From a virus (lineage: Duplodnaviria > Caudoviricetes), in the IMG/VR virus record IMGVR_UViG_2934384730_000002, positions 1 through 64,000 of that record: DNA of 64,000 nucleotides, one strand, 5' to 3'. The translations under genes were made by a program, and so were the position numbers. Below are positions 19,369 through 28,887 of this stretch, in pieces (the first letter of the stretch is position 1; each line of letters begins with the position of its first letter). The notes beneath the pieces were generated by a model. The model did not search any database and had not been told where the DNA came from. It saw only the letters and a list, made by a program, of their open reading frames with translations.

Positions 19369-20187
19369 CTACGGCCAGACGGTGAAGCGGGGGCGGCGGT
19401 AGTCCGGGGAGTAGACCCGGGACGCCGAGCGGAGCGCGTACGGGTTGACGGCCTTGATCCAGGCGTCCGCGACGGGGAGACCGGTCAGGCCCTCCGCGTA
19501 CATGAGCGTCACGTCCTGCCGCTCGATCTCGACGCCTTGCCGGGAGACGCGGGTGGCGCGGGGGTTGGCCTTGCAGCCGCACGACCCGCCGCCGGCGCCG
19601 CAGCCGCGCAGGAGGTGGCAGGTGAGTTCCGAGACGGCGGCCACCGCCGCGTCGTCCAGCTCCAGACCCCACCGGTAGGTGACCGTAAGGGTGCCCGGCG
19701 CGCCCTCGGGCTCCGCCATCTCCTGACACGTCGGCCAGCGGGCGCCGCCGAGCCGCACCAGCCGCCCCGGGGCGTCGAGCCGGTACTCCAGCCCGGGCGC
19801 GAGGACCTGGCCGCCGTCGTTGACCTCCACGACGTCGTAGACCGGGCCGGGGAGGTAGATCTCGGACAGCTCCCCGCAGGAGCACGACGACTTGCAGCCG
19901 CACAGGGAGGCGTTCCGCCAGATGCCGGCGCCGTCGATGTACGGCACCCACCCGCCCGTAGACGCCCCCGGCATCGCCTGGAACGACAGCGGCGCGCCGC
20001 CGTCGAGGCAGGAACGGGAGCAAGGCCGGACGGTCACCGGGCACGGCCCGTACCGCATCCCCGTGAGGTGCCACAGGATGATGGAGGCGACGCGGGTCCA
20101 CCGCTCGACCTCCTCCGGCGGGTATTCGTCGGTGTCGCAGCAGAGCACCGTGGGCCACGGGGAGCAGGGCCCGACGCGCAGGCTCAT
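19369..20187 (-). CDS. Head-to-tail adaptor
   Basis: ASIILWHLTG..VSRQGV..TGLPVADAWIKAVNP. Confidence 0.75.
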   Translation of the reverse strand: MSLRVGPCSPWPTVLCCDTDEYPPEEVERWTRVASIILWHLTGMRYGPCPVTVRPCSRSCLDGGAPLSFQAMPGASTGGWVPYIDGAGIWRNASLCGCKSSCSCGELSEIYLPGPVYDVVEVNDGGQVLAPGLEYRLDAPGRLVRLGGARWPTCQEMAEPEGAPGTLTVTYRWGLELDDAAVAAVSELTCHLLRGCGAGGGSCGCKANPRATRVSRQGVEIERQDVTLMYAEGLTGLPVADAWIKAVNPYALRSASRVYSPDYRRPRFTVWP

Positions 20188-20888
20188 CCGCGCCCCCTCT
20201 CGTACCGGGACGGCTTCCAAAACGCCTGACGCAGGTAGTTGCCGACGGCGCCCCGGGCGAAGGTGTCCGGCATGGTCGACAGGAACCCGCTGGCGGTGTC
20301 GAAGCCCGGGGCCCGGTGGATCACCTTCACGTCCGCCATCCGCTCCCCGCCGATCCCGGCAGGGACGCCGTACGCCGTCCGCTTGTGGAGGACGTCGAGG
20401 TGGCGGCCGGCCTCCAGCGCGGCGAGCATCCCGCCCTTGTCGACAGGGAGGGGGACGTGGAGCTCGTACGAGAGCGGGTCGGGGTGGCCGAGGTCGGCCA
20501 GGAGGTCCCGGGTCTCCCGCAGGCCGCGCAGGTACAGGCCGTTGCCACGTGACGCGTAGTACGCCTCGACCTCGGCGACCGGCCCCCGGTGGTAGACGGG
20601 CATGGCGGCCAGGCGGCGGAGGACGAAGAAGTCGTCATTGCAGTAGACGAACTGGTCGGACACGTCCGGGTGGAGGCACGCCGCCTCCATGGCCGTGGTG
20701 GTGTTCGCGTACTTGGTGCCGCCCTGGCGGGTGCGGATGTGCTCGACGTTGGCGGCCCACGACGGCCGGGCGCCGACCAGCCACACCCGCCGGTGCGGGA
20801 GGTTCGCCGCCCACGAGCGGAGCGCATAGCGCAGCTGCTCGTGGACGACGCCCTCCCGCACCGGCACCACAATGTCCGGCGCGGCCAT
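20184..20888 (-). CDS. Stealth-family-like sugar-1-phosphate transferase
   Basis: QLRYALRS, SDQFVYCNDDFF, HVPLP, FWKPSRYE resemble Stealth conserved regions 2-4. Confidence 0.75.
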   Translation of the reverse strand: MAAPDIVVPVREGVVHEQLRYALRSWAANLPHRRVWLVGARPSWAANVEHIRTRQGGTKYANTTTAMEAACLHPDVSDQFVYCNDDFFVLRRLAAMPVYHRGPVAEVEAYYASRGNGLYLRGLRETRDLLADLGHPDPLSYELHVPLPVDKGGMLAALEAGRHLDVLHKRTAYGVPAGIGGERMADVKVIHRAPGFDTASGFLSTMPDTFARGAVGNYLRQAFWKPSRYERGRG

Positions 20889-20890
20889 GG

Positions 20891-21592
20891 TCAGGACGCC
20901 ACGCAGAAGTCGCCGGCGACCGGGATGTAGGTGTTGGAGGTCTCCGGCGGGGCGACCGAGGTGATGAACATCCGCCGGTGGCAGGTGGAGCCGAGCGGGG
21001 CGAGCATCGGGCCGGGCGTGCCGCCGGCGTCGATGGCCTGGACGTCGTACGGACCGGTGCCCCACTTGCCGCCCGCGCGGGTCGCGCCGGTCAGCTCCAG
21101 GTTCACGGCCTCGTTGGCGAGCTCGACGTCCCCGAGGATGCCGTTGGTGACCCACGGGAGGAGGAAGTACACCCACGCGCCCTCGGCGGCCTCGTCCTCG
21201 CAGACGTCCGCGCCGAGCACGTCCGTCCACACCTCCAGCGCGAAACCGGAGTTGCAGGGGATCGAGCACGAGTCGAAGCCGATCGGGCGGCCGTCGTAGT
21301 CGAAGTAGACCGGGCTGCCGGTCATGATCTCGATGAGCTCCGGCGACGCCTCGAAGAACCCGAACGTCAAGTCGTAGCCGTTGAGGGTGGGGCAGCCGCG
21401 CTTGAACCCGCACTGGCGGCCGTTGGCGGCGGTGAACGTGATGTCCTCCCCCTCCTCGATGTTCGCCGCCATCGAGACGGAGGCGAAACAGTCGGTGACG
21501 AACGACGAGTCCTCACCGCAGACGGGGCGACCACAGCCGTCCACGCGCGTGACGCGCACCGTGGCGGCATTGGAAATGAGGGGTGCTGGCAC
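20891..21592 (-). CDS. Major tail protein
   Basis: VRVTRVDGCGRP..FALEVW..YFLLPW..WGTGPYDV; GGAGG RBS. Confidence 0.85.
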   Translation of the reverse strand: MPAPLISNAATVRVTRVDGCGRPVCGEDSSFVTDCFASVSMAANIEEGEDITFTAANGRQCGFKRGCPTLNGYDLTFGFFEASPELIEIMTGSPVYFDYDGRPIGFDSCSIPCNSGFALEVWTDVLGADVCEDEAAEGAWVYFLLPWVTNGILGDVELANEAVNLELTGATRAGGKWGTGPYDVQAIDAGGTPGPMLAPLGSTCHRRMFITSVAPPETSNTYIPVAGDFCVAS

Positions 21593-21621
21593 TGGGGCCC
21601 TCCAACAAACGAGGAGTTGGA

Positions 21622-21690
21622 GCTCGGCCCACAACCAGCAGCGAGGCGGAGCCCGGCCCAGAACCAGCGGCTACCACTACCAGGAGTCTA
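21622..21690 (-). promoter_or_regulatory. Late leader motif copies 7 (21622-21639) and 8 (21651-21668) with -10 TAGACT
   Basis: Tandem copies upstream of major tail gene. Confidence 0.8.
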
Positions 21691-21738
21691 GCCGGGCTCA
21701 CCCGGCCCCAAGCGGGTCAGCACCCGCCCTGGGGCCGG

Positions 21739-21900
21739 TCACAGCGCAGCGACCGCCTGAGCGTGCACGGTGACACCGGCTGCCGCCCCGCCCACAGCGA
21801 GGACCCCGATGCCCAGGAGCGTCACGCCGGTGGACTGCGCGACGTTCACCGTGGTGGCCGCTGCGGAGTTCGCGGTGATGGCGGGCGAACCGAACGCGCT
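21739..21900 (-). pseudogene. Probable 3' remnant of a virion protein gene
   Basis: Coding-like AITANSAAATTVNVAQSTGVTLLGIGVLAVG.. with no credible RBS/start. Confidence 0.35.
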
Positions 21901-21913
21901 CCCTCGCTTCCGG

Positions 21914-22381
21914 TCAGACTTCCCTGGTCGAAGTGACGATGAAGTCATGGCCCGCCGCCCCGGTGAAAGCGAACTCGTCTTGCAGCGTCTCGCCGTTGTC
22001 GCCTCCGTGGTCCACGGACCAGGACAGCGACGTCCCGGCAGGGAGCGCCACGGCCGCGCCGCCGCCGACGCTCACCGCAGGGGCGCCCGCGTACACGATG
22101 ACGGTCACCGACCGGGCCCCGGCCGCGATGGTCACGGCACCCGCACCGGTCTGTCGCTGGATCGTGGAGGAGACTCCCGGGTTAACGGAGGACGTCTCCT
22201 CACAGCGGTGGACGACGCCGGTCGGCACGTAGACCGTGGTGCCATCGAGCTCGGTGTCCGTGGTGACCGGGACACCATCCTCCGTGGTGTACCGGCGCAG
22301 GAACTGCTGCACGTCGTCACAGAGGAGCTCGTACTCGTTGTCGGGGCGGGCGACGGCCACGCTGCCGTTCGTACCGGACAT
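21914..22381 (-). CDS. Short member of the repeat fibre family
   Basis: One LCD..FLRR..LDG..YVPTG..C repeat plus shared C-terminal domain. Confidence 0.75.
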   Translation of the reverse strand: MSGTNGSVAVARPDNEYELLCDDVQQFLRRYTTEDGVPVTTDTELDGTTVYVPTGVVHRCEETSSVNPGVSSTIQRQTGAGAVTIAAGARSVTVIVYAGAPAVSVGGGAAVALPAGTSLSWSVDHGGDNGETLQDEFAFTGAAGHDFIVTSTREV

Positions 22382-22432
22382 CAGCAATTCTCCCTCGGGT
22401 CGGTTGAGCAGGACGACCAGGCGGCCGGGGCG

Positions 22433-23101
22433 CTAGTCGCTGATCTTCTTGAACGCGAGGCGGGTGTTGCCGGCCTGGAGACCGGTCGTCGCGACGGGCG
22501 TGCCGTTGGCTCCGACGAGAGCGACCTCCAGGCGGATCACCGTGAGCCCCGGCACCGTCAGGAACCGGTGGAACGTCGACAGGTCGGCGTCGGACTTGGA
22601 GGTCGACGGGTTGTTGTCCTTGTTGTGCTGCGCCGTGTACTGGGTACGGAAAACCGCACCGCCTACGGTGACGTTGAACAGCCGGCCGAGGATCGCGATG
22701 CCGTAGTTCCCGCTCGACGGGTTGGTCGAGATCACCGTTTGCAGCGTGGCGCTGATCTCGTAGACACCGGCCTCCGGCAGCGCGATCGTCAGGGGAGTCG
22801 CGACCCATTCCCCGCTCGGCGAGGCCGCGAGATCTACGAACGTTTCGAGGTACTGCTCGTCGAACACGGGCGTGAGGCGTGCCCCGACCTGCCACTCCTG
22901 CGGGCAGTCGGTGCCGGCCGGGGCGACGACGTCCACGTTCACAGACCGCCCGGTGCCCACCTCCGTGCCCGGGGCGACGCCTTCCAGGGCCGTGGCAGGG
23001 ACGAGGAGACCGCCCGGCCCCTCGGTCAGGGAGTTGCACGGGTCAGGGTCCACGGTGACCGCAGCGGCGGCCACACCGATTCCGGCGTTTGTTCCACTCA
23101 T
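22433..23101 (-). CDS. Putative virion fibre/decoration protein
   Basis: Coupled gene; beta-rich C-terminus LPEAGVYEISA. Confidence 0.7.
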   Translation of the reverse strand: MSGTNAGIGVAAAAVTVDPDPCNSLTEGPGGLLVPATALEGVAPGTEVGTGRSVNVDVVAPAGTDCPQEWQVGARLTPVFDEQYLETFVDLAASPSGEWVATPLTIALPEAGVYEISATLQTVISTNPSSGNYGIAILGRLFNVTVGGAVFRTQYTAQHNKDNNPSTSKSDADLSTFHRFLTVPGLTVIRLEVALVGANGTPVATTGLQAGNTRLAFKKISD

Positions 23102-25668
23102 GGCGTGTACGTCCAGTTCAGGAGGAAGGTGGTGGTGGCGTCGGCCCCGGCGAACGAGGCCGCACTGAGGGCGGTGTCGGTGTCCTTGGTGACGGACCAG
23201 GTGAGCGTCACCCCGGCAGGGATCGACACGGCACTGCCGTCCGTCATCGTCGCCTCGACCGCCCCGGCGAGGGCGGAGAGGCTGACGGACTGGAGGCCGG
23301 GGAACTCGGCGGCGAGGTCCTGTGTCGCAGTGCCCGTCACGGCCCGCACCCCGGTGTCGACGGCCTGCCCGCTGTCCGGGTCCGTCGGGCTGATACCGCC
23401 GTCGCACGCCGTCAGGTCACCCTCGGGCTCCTCGATCTCCACACCGTCCGCGTCCAGCCAGCTGACGGTGGTGGAGCCGTCGCACTCCTGAGTGAACCGC
23501 TTCGTGAACACGGTCTCCGTGCGGCTGGTCGCCGGGGTGAGCGTGTAGACCTGCGTCGGCGCCTCAGTGCGGAACATGACCATCTGCCCGTACACACGGT
23601 TCGGGTCGACGCTGGCCGTCCGGATGAAGAACAGGCACGAGCCGTTGTAAGCCGCCTCCCACGACGAGGACGGGTCGATCACGCCCAGCGCGGCAGCCCA
23701 CGCCCCGTGGAACTGGTCCGCGTTGCCGCCACAGCCGGTCGCCACGAACTCGGCCGGACCGCCGGTGATCTGCTCCGTCCCGTCGATGATCCACGACGTG
23801 ATCCGCCAGTTCCCGGCACACGCCGCCATCGAGGCGGGATCGACCTGCCCACACGTCCCGCCCCGCGTGTTGTCGTACGACGCCTGAGCGGTCACCAGGG
23901 ACCAGCACTCCGTGCTGTACGACGACGGACAGTCCCCGACCGAAGCACAGTCCGTGACCGTCCCGGCCGGCACGTATGCGGTGACGCCGTCCAGCATGGT
24001 GTCGGTGACGGCGACGGTCCCGCCGGTGCAGTCGTGACACACCGTCCGCAGGAACGGCACGGGGGCGCTGCCGGGGACGACGTCGCACAGGACCAGCGGG
24101 GCGCACTGCTCGCAGGTCGAGGCGTCGCCTGACTGACCGCCGCCCCCGCACGTGCTGTGTGCGGTGCAGGAGGCGACCTCGCCGACCGGGGTGTACGGCA
24201 GCCCGTCGTAGCCGGTGTCCAGGACGTCGACCAGGTCGCCGGTCACGCAGTCCCGGCGGATCGTCCGCAGGAACGGAGTCCCGCATCCGGCCTGCGGAAA
24301 CGTGAGGCTGACCGTGAAGCCGTCGGCGGTCCACGCCTTGAGGCCCTGGTGCTTGGTCTCCAGGTCCATCTCGATGGCGATCGTGCCCGCGAGAAGGTCC
24401 GCGCGGGAGACGTCAGCGGTCACGGTGAACTGGGCGGTGCCCCCGACCGGCGTAGCGGTGATCTGGTTGGCGTCGAGGATCGTGGTCCCGTTGTAGAGGG
24501 TGAACCGGCCGGTGACTCCCTGGCCGACTGCCGGCCCCGTGTTCGTCACCGTGGCGGCGACGGTCAGCGTCATGGTGTCCGGCCAGTCCCCGCACGGCGG
24601 GCACGTGCCCTCGGGCAGGGTCAGGACGGCGGCCGTGTACCGGTGGGTCGGGTCTGCGGTCGTCTCACCGCCGGGCGGCCCGTCCACGGTGATCGGCCCG
24701 CCGTCGAAGAACGGTTGCGGGTCGGCCAGCACGACCAGCTTGGTGACGCCGTCGCCGGTCTGGAAGTACGGCGTCGGGTCCGTCGCCGTCGCCGCCACCA
24801 GGCCCCCGGTGTCGACCGGGGTGGTGTCGCAGAGGGTCAGCGTGGTCGAGGAGCGGCACGGGTCAGGGTCCGCCGGGTAGCAGACCCCGACGGCCCCGGC
24901 CGGTGTGTACGGGGTGCCGTCCAGGGTGTAGTCCGAGAAGCCTACGAGGGCCCCGTTCTCGTCCCGGGCGTAGTCCCGGACGAACGCGGTCACCGTGCCG
25001 TCGGTGGCGGTGTCGCACAGCTGGAGGATGTCCCGCTCCGGCTGCTCGACCCCGGCCGGGCAGACCGTGACAGTCCCCGCCGGCACGTAGGTGCCGCCGG
25101 TGATGGCGTCGACCAGGCGCACGGAGTCAATCGTGCCGTCAACGGCGTAGCTGTACTCGACGAGGACCAGGCCGACGACGTCACCGGCGCCGTCGATGTC
25201 GCAGAACGTGCCGCTTACGGTGATGCTGCGCGATTCCCCGCACGCGACAGCCCCGGCCGGGACCGTACCGGCAGACCACGCCCCTGTGGTGAGGTTGATC
25301 CACCCCTCCGACGTGACGACACCGTCGCAGTCCCGCACGACGGTGACCGCGATCGGAGTGCCGTCGGCGAGGCACAGGCCGACCGTCGCCGTCGGCGTGG
25401 TCAGCGCCGCACAGTCCGAAGACGCCGACCCCGACGCGCACGGCTGGAGCGTGCCCGTCGGAACGTACACAGCGCCGGTGACCGGGTCCACGGTGCGAGT
25501 ACCCAGCCGGACCCCGCTGCTCGTGTCGTACACGGCTTCGACCAGTACAGCCGCGGCGACCGTGCCGTCCGGCAGCACATCGCACAGGAGAGTCCCCTCC
25601 GCGTCCACGCGGGGCGTTGCCGCCGCCCCGGAGACGATCACGGGCCCCTGCCCGCAGCATCCACTCAC
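23098..25668 (-). CDS. Large Cys-rich repeat fibre/decoration protein
   Basis: 856 aa, LCD..PFLR..DG.Y.P.G.V..C repeats. Confidence 0.8.
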   Translation of the reverse strand: MSGCCGQGPVIVSGAAATPRVDAEGTLLCDVLPDGTVAAAVLVEAVYDTSSGVRLGTRTVDPVTGAVYVPTGTLQPCASGSASSDCAALTTPTATVGLCLADGTPIAVTVVRDCDGVVTSEGWINLTTGAWSAGTVPAGAVACGESRSITVSGTFCDIDGAGDVVGLVLVEYSYAVDGTIDSVRLVDAITGGTYVPAGTVTVCPAGVEQPERDILQLCDTATDGTVTAFVRDYARDENGALVGFSDYTLDGTPYTPAGAVGVCYPADPDPCRSSTTLTLCDTTPVDTGGLVAATATDPTPYFQTGDGVTKLVVLADPQPFFDGGPITVDGPPGGETTADPTHRYTAAVLTLPEGTCPPCGDWPDTMTLTVAATVTNTGPAVGQGVTGRFTLYNGTTILDANQITATPVGGTAQFTVTADVSRADLLAGTIAIEMDLETKHQGLKAWTADGFTVSLTFPQAGCGTPFLRTIRRDCVTGDLVDVLDTGYDGLPYTPVGEVASCTAHSTCGGGGQSGDASTCEQCAPLVLCDVVPGSAPVPFLRTVCHDCTGGTVAVTDTMLDGVTAYVPAGTVTDCASVGDCPSSYSTECWSLVTAQASYDNTRGGTCGQVDPASMAACAGNWRITSWIIDGTEQITGGPAEFVATGCGGNADQFHGAWAAALGVIDPSSSWEAAYNGSCLFFIRTASVDPNRVYGQMVMFRTEAPTQVYTLTPATSRTETVFTKRFTQECDGSTTVSWLDADGVEIEEPEGDLTACDGGISPTDPDSGQAVDTGVRAVTGTATQDLAAEFPGLQSVSLSALAGAVEATMTDGSAVSIPAGVTLTWSVTKDTDTALSAASFAGADATTTFLLNWTYTP

Positions 25669-28166
25669 AGCGTTACTCCTTGAGTCCAGGTGATCGTGAC
25701 GGTTCCGCTGGTCGCGGTGATGGCGAGCGGGCCGGTCAGGGCCGCATCGATGTCCCGGGCGACAGACCAGGTAACGGCCTCGCCCGGGTGGAGGGTGCTC
25801 GTCCCGTCCAGGGTGGTGACCGTGCCGCTACCGCCATGGGCGACGGCGGTCACCGACTGGAGGGTGGGGAACACGGACGCATCCCACGGCCCCGCACCGG
25901 GGGCGAGCTCGACGCGGCGGGCCTGGACGCCGATCGCAGGCTCGGCGCCCTCGTCGGTCTCCGCGCAGTCGATCGGGGCGACCGGCGCGTACGGGGCATC
26001 CAGCTCGGCCGTGTAGGTGCCCAGGCTCGTGAGGGTGCCTTCACAGTCGACGGCCAGGAACTCGACGTAATCCGTGTCCGCGATGCCGTCGCCGTCCGCG
26101 TCGTCACAGCGGCAGACCTGGAACACGGTGTTCGCCGGACAGTCCTCGGCAGTCGCGCACAGACCGGCCGTGCCGGTGACTACGTACGGCGTGGTGCCGT
26201 CCAGGGCGGTATCCGCGACAACCGGGGTACCGCCTCCGGCCGGGAATGTGAGGCGGCGGAGGAACGGCGTGACGGCTCCGCCTGTGGTGACGTCGCATAG
26301 GGAGATGACCTCGGTGTCCGGCTCCACCGGCTCCGCGTCCTCGGCGGAGGGCTGGCAGACGCCGACGAGCCCGGTGGGCGTGTACGGCGTCTCTCCGTCC
26401 AGGAGGGTGTCTGTCGTGGAGACGACGACCCCGGTGCAGTCCCGGCACACGGTGCGCAGGAACGGGCCGCCTACGGAGACGTCCAGCGCACCGAACTCCC
26501 AGTTGCCGTAGCGCCGGCACTCCACGCTGAGCACCCGGGGGCCGAGGTACTTGAGCGTGAAGGTGGACACCCCGGTCACACGGAACCGGGCGGAGGCCGC
26601 GCGGGTGGGGGCGTTGAGGGTGCAGCCAGCACCGGTGAGGGAGGGGCCCCCGGTCAGGACGCTGGTGGTCTGGCTGTAACTGTACCCGGGCGGCAGGCTG
26701 AGCGGCACAGCGCCCGGCGGGAGCTGAACCGTGTTCTCTCCTGGCGCGGTGCCGGTCGAGTAGGTCAGGGCAACACTGAAATCGACGTTCACCGGCTGGT
26801 CGAACGTCCAGCGGGTGGTGGGCACGTTTGGGTTGGGGAAGAGTGCGACGCCCCACCAGGAAGCGCCGTCGCTCTGCCGGCCCGGGACAAACGGGTTCGG
26901 GGCGGTGACGGCGTACGTGACGCCGTTGGAGAGCGTCCCGGTGGAGGTGGCCCCGGCAATGGTCGCCGGGGGGAGGCCGTTGGTGTCGCAGAGGACGGCC
27001 GCCTCACAGCTCTGGCACGGAGCGGCGGCGCAGCGCCCCACGGTGCCGGTCGGCCCGTAGGGGGCGCCGTCCAGGAGGTAGTCCGTGTGCCCGGTGATCG
27101 CGCCGTTCTCGTCGCGCCGGTAGTCCCGGACGAACGGCGTGCTCGTGCCGTCAGGGGCGACGTCGCAGAGCTGGAGGAGGTCCTGCTCCGGCTGGGCGAC
27201 CCCGGCCGGGCACGTCGTCACCTCACCCTGCGGGACGTAGGTCGTGCCGGTAGTGGCGTCGACCAGACGGACGGCGGTGACCGCGCCCTCCGCGCCGTAG
27301 GTGTACTCGATCAAAACCAGGCCGAGGACGTCACCGGTGACCGTGTCGACGTCACAGAACGTCCCGGTGGTCGAGATCGACCGGGGGTTGCCGCATGCCA
27401 TCGTGCCGACGGGCGGCTCCCCGGAACTGTAGGCGCCCGAGGTGAGGTTCAGCCACCCGTCCTGAGCGACGGCGCCGGAGCAGTCCCGGGTGACGAGGAC
27501 AGCGATCGGGGTTCCGTCAGCGAGACACAGGCCGAGCGTCGCGGCCGGCGTCGTCTGCGCCTCACACCCGCCGGCCGCCGAGCACACGCCGACGGTGCCG
27601 GTGATGACGTACGGGGTGATGCCGTCGAGGGCGACGTCCTCGAAAGCGGCGGTGTCACCGATCCAGGTGTACCGGCGCAGGAACGGCCCGACCTCGTCGC
27701 ACAGCGTCAGGACCTCGCCGGACGTCTCGGCGTACTCACAGTCCACCGGGGCGACGGGCGCGTACGGGACGGACGGGTCGTCCTGGTAGGTCAGGACGAG
27801 GTCTGCGGTGCCGTCCGCGCGGACGCACCACAGCTCCGAGTACGTGGCGTTCGCCGCGCCGTCGCCGTCCGTGTCGTCACAGAGCTGCCGACAGACGGTG
27901 TCCAGGCACCCGGCGTCGCAGGGGCCGACGTCGGCCGGGAGTACCCCGGGGGTGAACGCCCCTGTGGCCGTGTCGATCCAGCCGACGGCCTCCGGGTCGC
28001 CGGGGGCCTCCCCGCACTCGACGCAGCCGGAGCGGACAACGAGGAGCACCGTGGAGCTGTCCTGACGGCACAGCGGTGCGGCGGCGATCGACGGGGCGCA
28101 GCATGTTGTCACCTCGACGGGTGTTGTGCCGCCGCCGTCGGCGCACGGGATGGGCTCGACCGGCAT
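25665..28166 (-). CDS. Large Cys-rich repeat fibre/decoration protein, paralog of 23098..25668
   Basis: 833 aa, same repeats and shared block. Confidence 0.8.
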   Translation of the reverse strand: MPVEPIPCADGGGTTPVEVTTCCAPSIAAAPLCRQDSSTVLLVVRSGCVECGEAPGDPEAVGWIDTATGAFTPGVLPADVGPCDAGCLDTVCRQLCDDTDGDGAANATYSELWCVRADGTADLVLTYQDDPSVPYAPVAPVDCEYAETSGEVLTLCDEVGPFLRRYTWIGDTAAFEDVALDGITPYVITGTVGVCSAAGGCEAQTTPAATLGLCLADGTPIAVLVTRDCSGAVAQDGWLNLTSGAYSSGEPPVGTMACGNPRSISTTGTFCDVDTVTGDVLGLVLIEYTYGAEGAVTAVRLVDATTGTTYVPQGEVTTCPAGVAQPEQDLLQLCDVAPDGTSTPFVRDYRRDENGAITGHTDYLLDGAPYGPTGTVGRCAAAPCQSCEAAVLCDTNGLPPATIAGATSTGTLSNGVTYAVTAPNPFVPGRQSDGASWWGVALFPNPNVPTTRWTFDQPVNVDFSVALTYSTGTAPGENTVQLPPGAVPLSLPPGYSYSQTTSVLTGGPSLTGAGCTLNAPTRAASARFRVTGVSTFTLKYLGPRVLSVECRRYGNWEFGALDVSVGGPFLRTVCRDCTGVVVSTTDTLLDGETPYTPTGLVGVCQPSAEDAEPVEPDTEVISLCDVTTGGAVTPFLRRLTFPAGGGTPVVADTALDGTTPYVVTGTAGLCATAEDCPANTVFQVCRCDDADGDGIADTDYVEFLAVDCEGTLTSLGTYTAELDAPYAPVAPIDCAETDEGAEPAIGVQARRVELAPGAGPWDASVFPTLQSVTAVAHGGSGTVTTLDGTSTLHPGEAVTWSVARDIDAALTGPLAITATSGTVTITWTQGVTL

Positions 28167-28169
28167 TGC

Positions 28170-28649
28170 TCACGCCTCCGTGTGCTTGTGGCGGCGGTGG
28201 GTGTCCCGGCCGCGCTCGGTGGTGAACTCCCGGTCACACCTGGAGCAGGGGAAGACGCCGTCCACGTGTTCGGCCGGCGGGTCATCAGGGGTCGGCGGGG
28301 GGAGCGGCGTCGAGTCGGGCCCGTACGCCTCCTCCGGGACGTCAGGGAGCGGCTCCCCGGGGATCGCGGTCAGCTCCGGGGAGGAGAACCCCTCCGCGGT
28401 AGCGACGCCGAGGAGCTCCCCGGGGGGCGCCGTTCCCTCCGCGGCATCTTCCTCCGGGGAGACGTAGCGGCGGCCGTCGACCAGGGCCCCGATGAGGACG
28501 TCCTCCGGGGCCTGGACGAACAGCTCCGCCGGGACGGCGAACGTGTTGATACCGACGGTGCGCAACTTCGGCGTCTGGGCGGTCGCCCACCGGGCGAACG
28601 CGGTCCGCCGGCCCCGGGTGGGCTGGATGTGGATCATCTCGCTACTCAC
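28170..28649 (-). CDS. Head-module protein with C-terminal C2H2 finger
   Basis: CSRC..THRRHKH; GGAGG RBS. Confidence 0.7.
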   Translation of the reverse strand: MSSEMIHIQPTRGRRTAFARWATAQTPKLRTVGINTFAVPAELFVQAPEDVLIGALVDGRRYVSPEEDAAEGTAPPGELLGVATAEGFSSPELTAIPGEPLPDVPEEAYGPDSTPLPPPTPDDPPAEHVDGVFPCSRCDREFTTERGRDTHRRHKHTEA

Positions 28650-28695
28650 TGGGCAAGACCTCCGTAACGGCTCTGACCAGGCATTTCTCCGATAG

Positions 28696-28887
28696 AATGA
28701 GGGCGCAAGGCACCCCGGCTCCGGTAGTGCTCGCGCGCTCGCCGAGGAGTTCGGCGTGACGCCGGGCTACGTGTCGATGCTCGCTACGGAAGAACGGTGG
28801 GCGTGGCTGGACGCCGAGGACGCAACTCATGTCGAACACACCTCGACGTTCACGGCGCAGATGGTGCACGTCGTGCCGACCACGTAG
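28696..28887 (+). pseudogene. Remnant of HNH endonuclease C-terminal HTH
   Basis: GARHPGS..ARALAEEFGVTPGYVSMLATEERWAWL, no start, antisense to operon. Confidence 0.5.

Noticed and set aside
21914-28166. Diversity-generating retroelement or shufflon acting on fibre paralogs
   Set aside because: No reverse transcriptase or invertase, no adenine-specific TR/VR pair, no inverted cassettes seen
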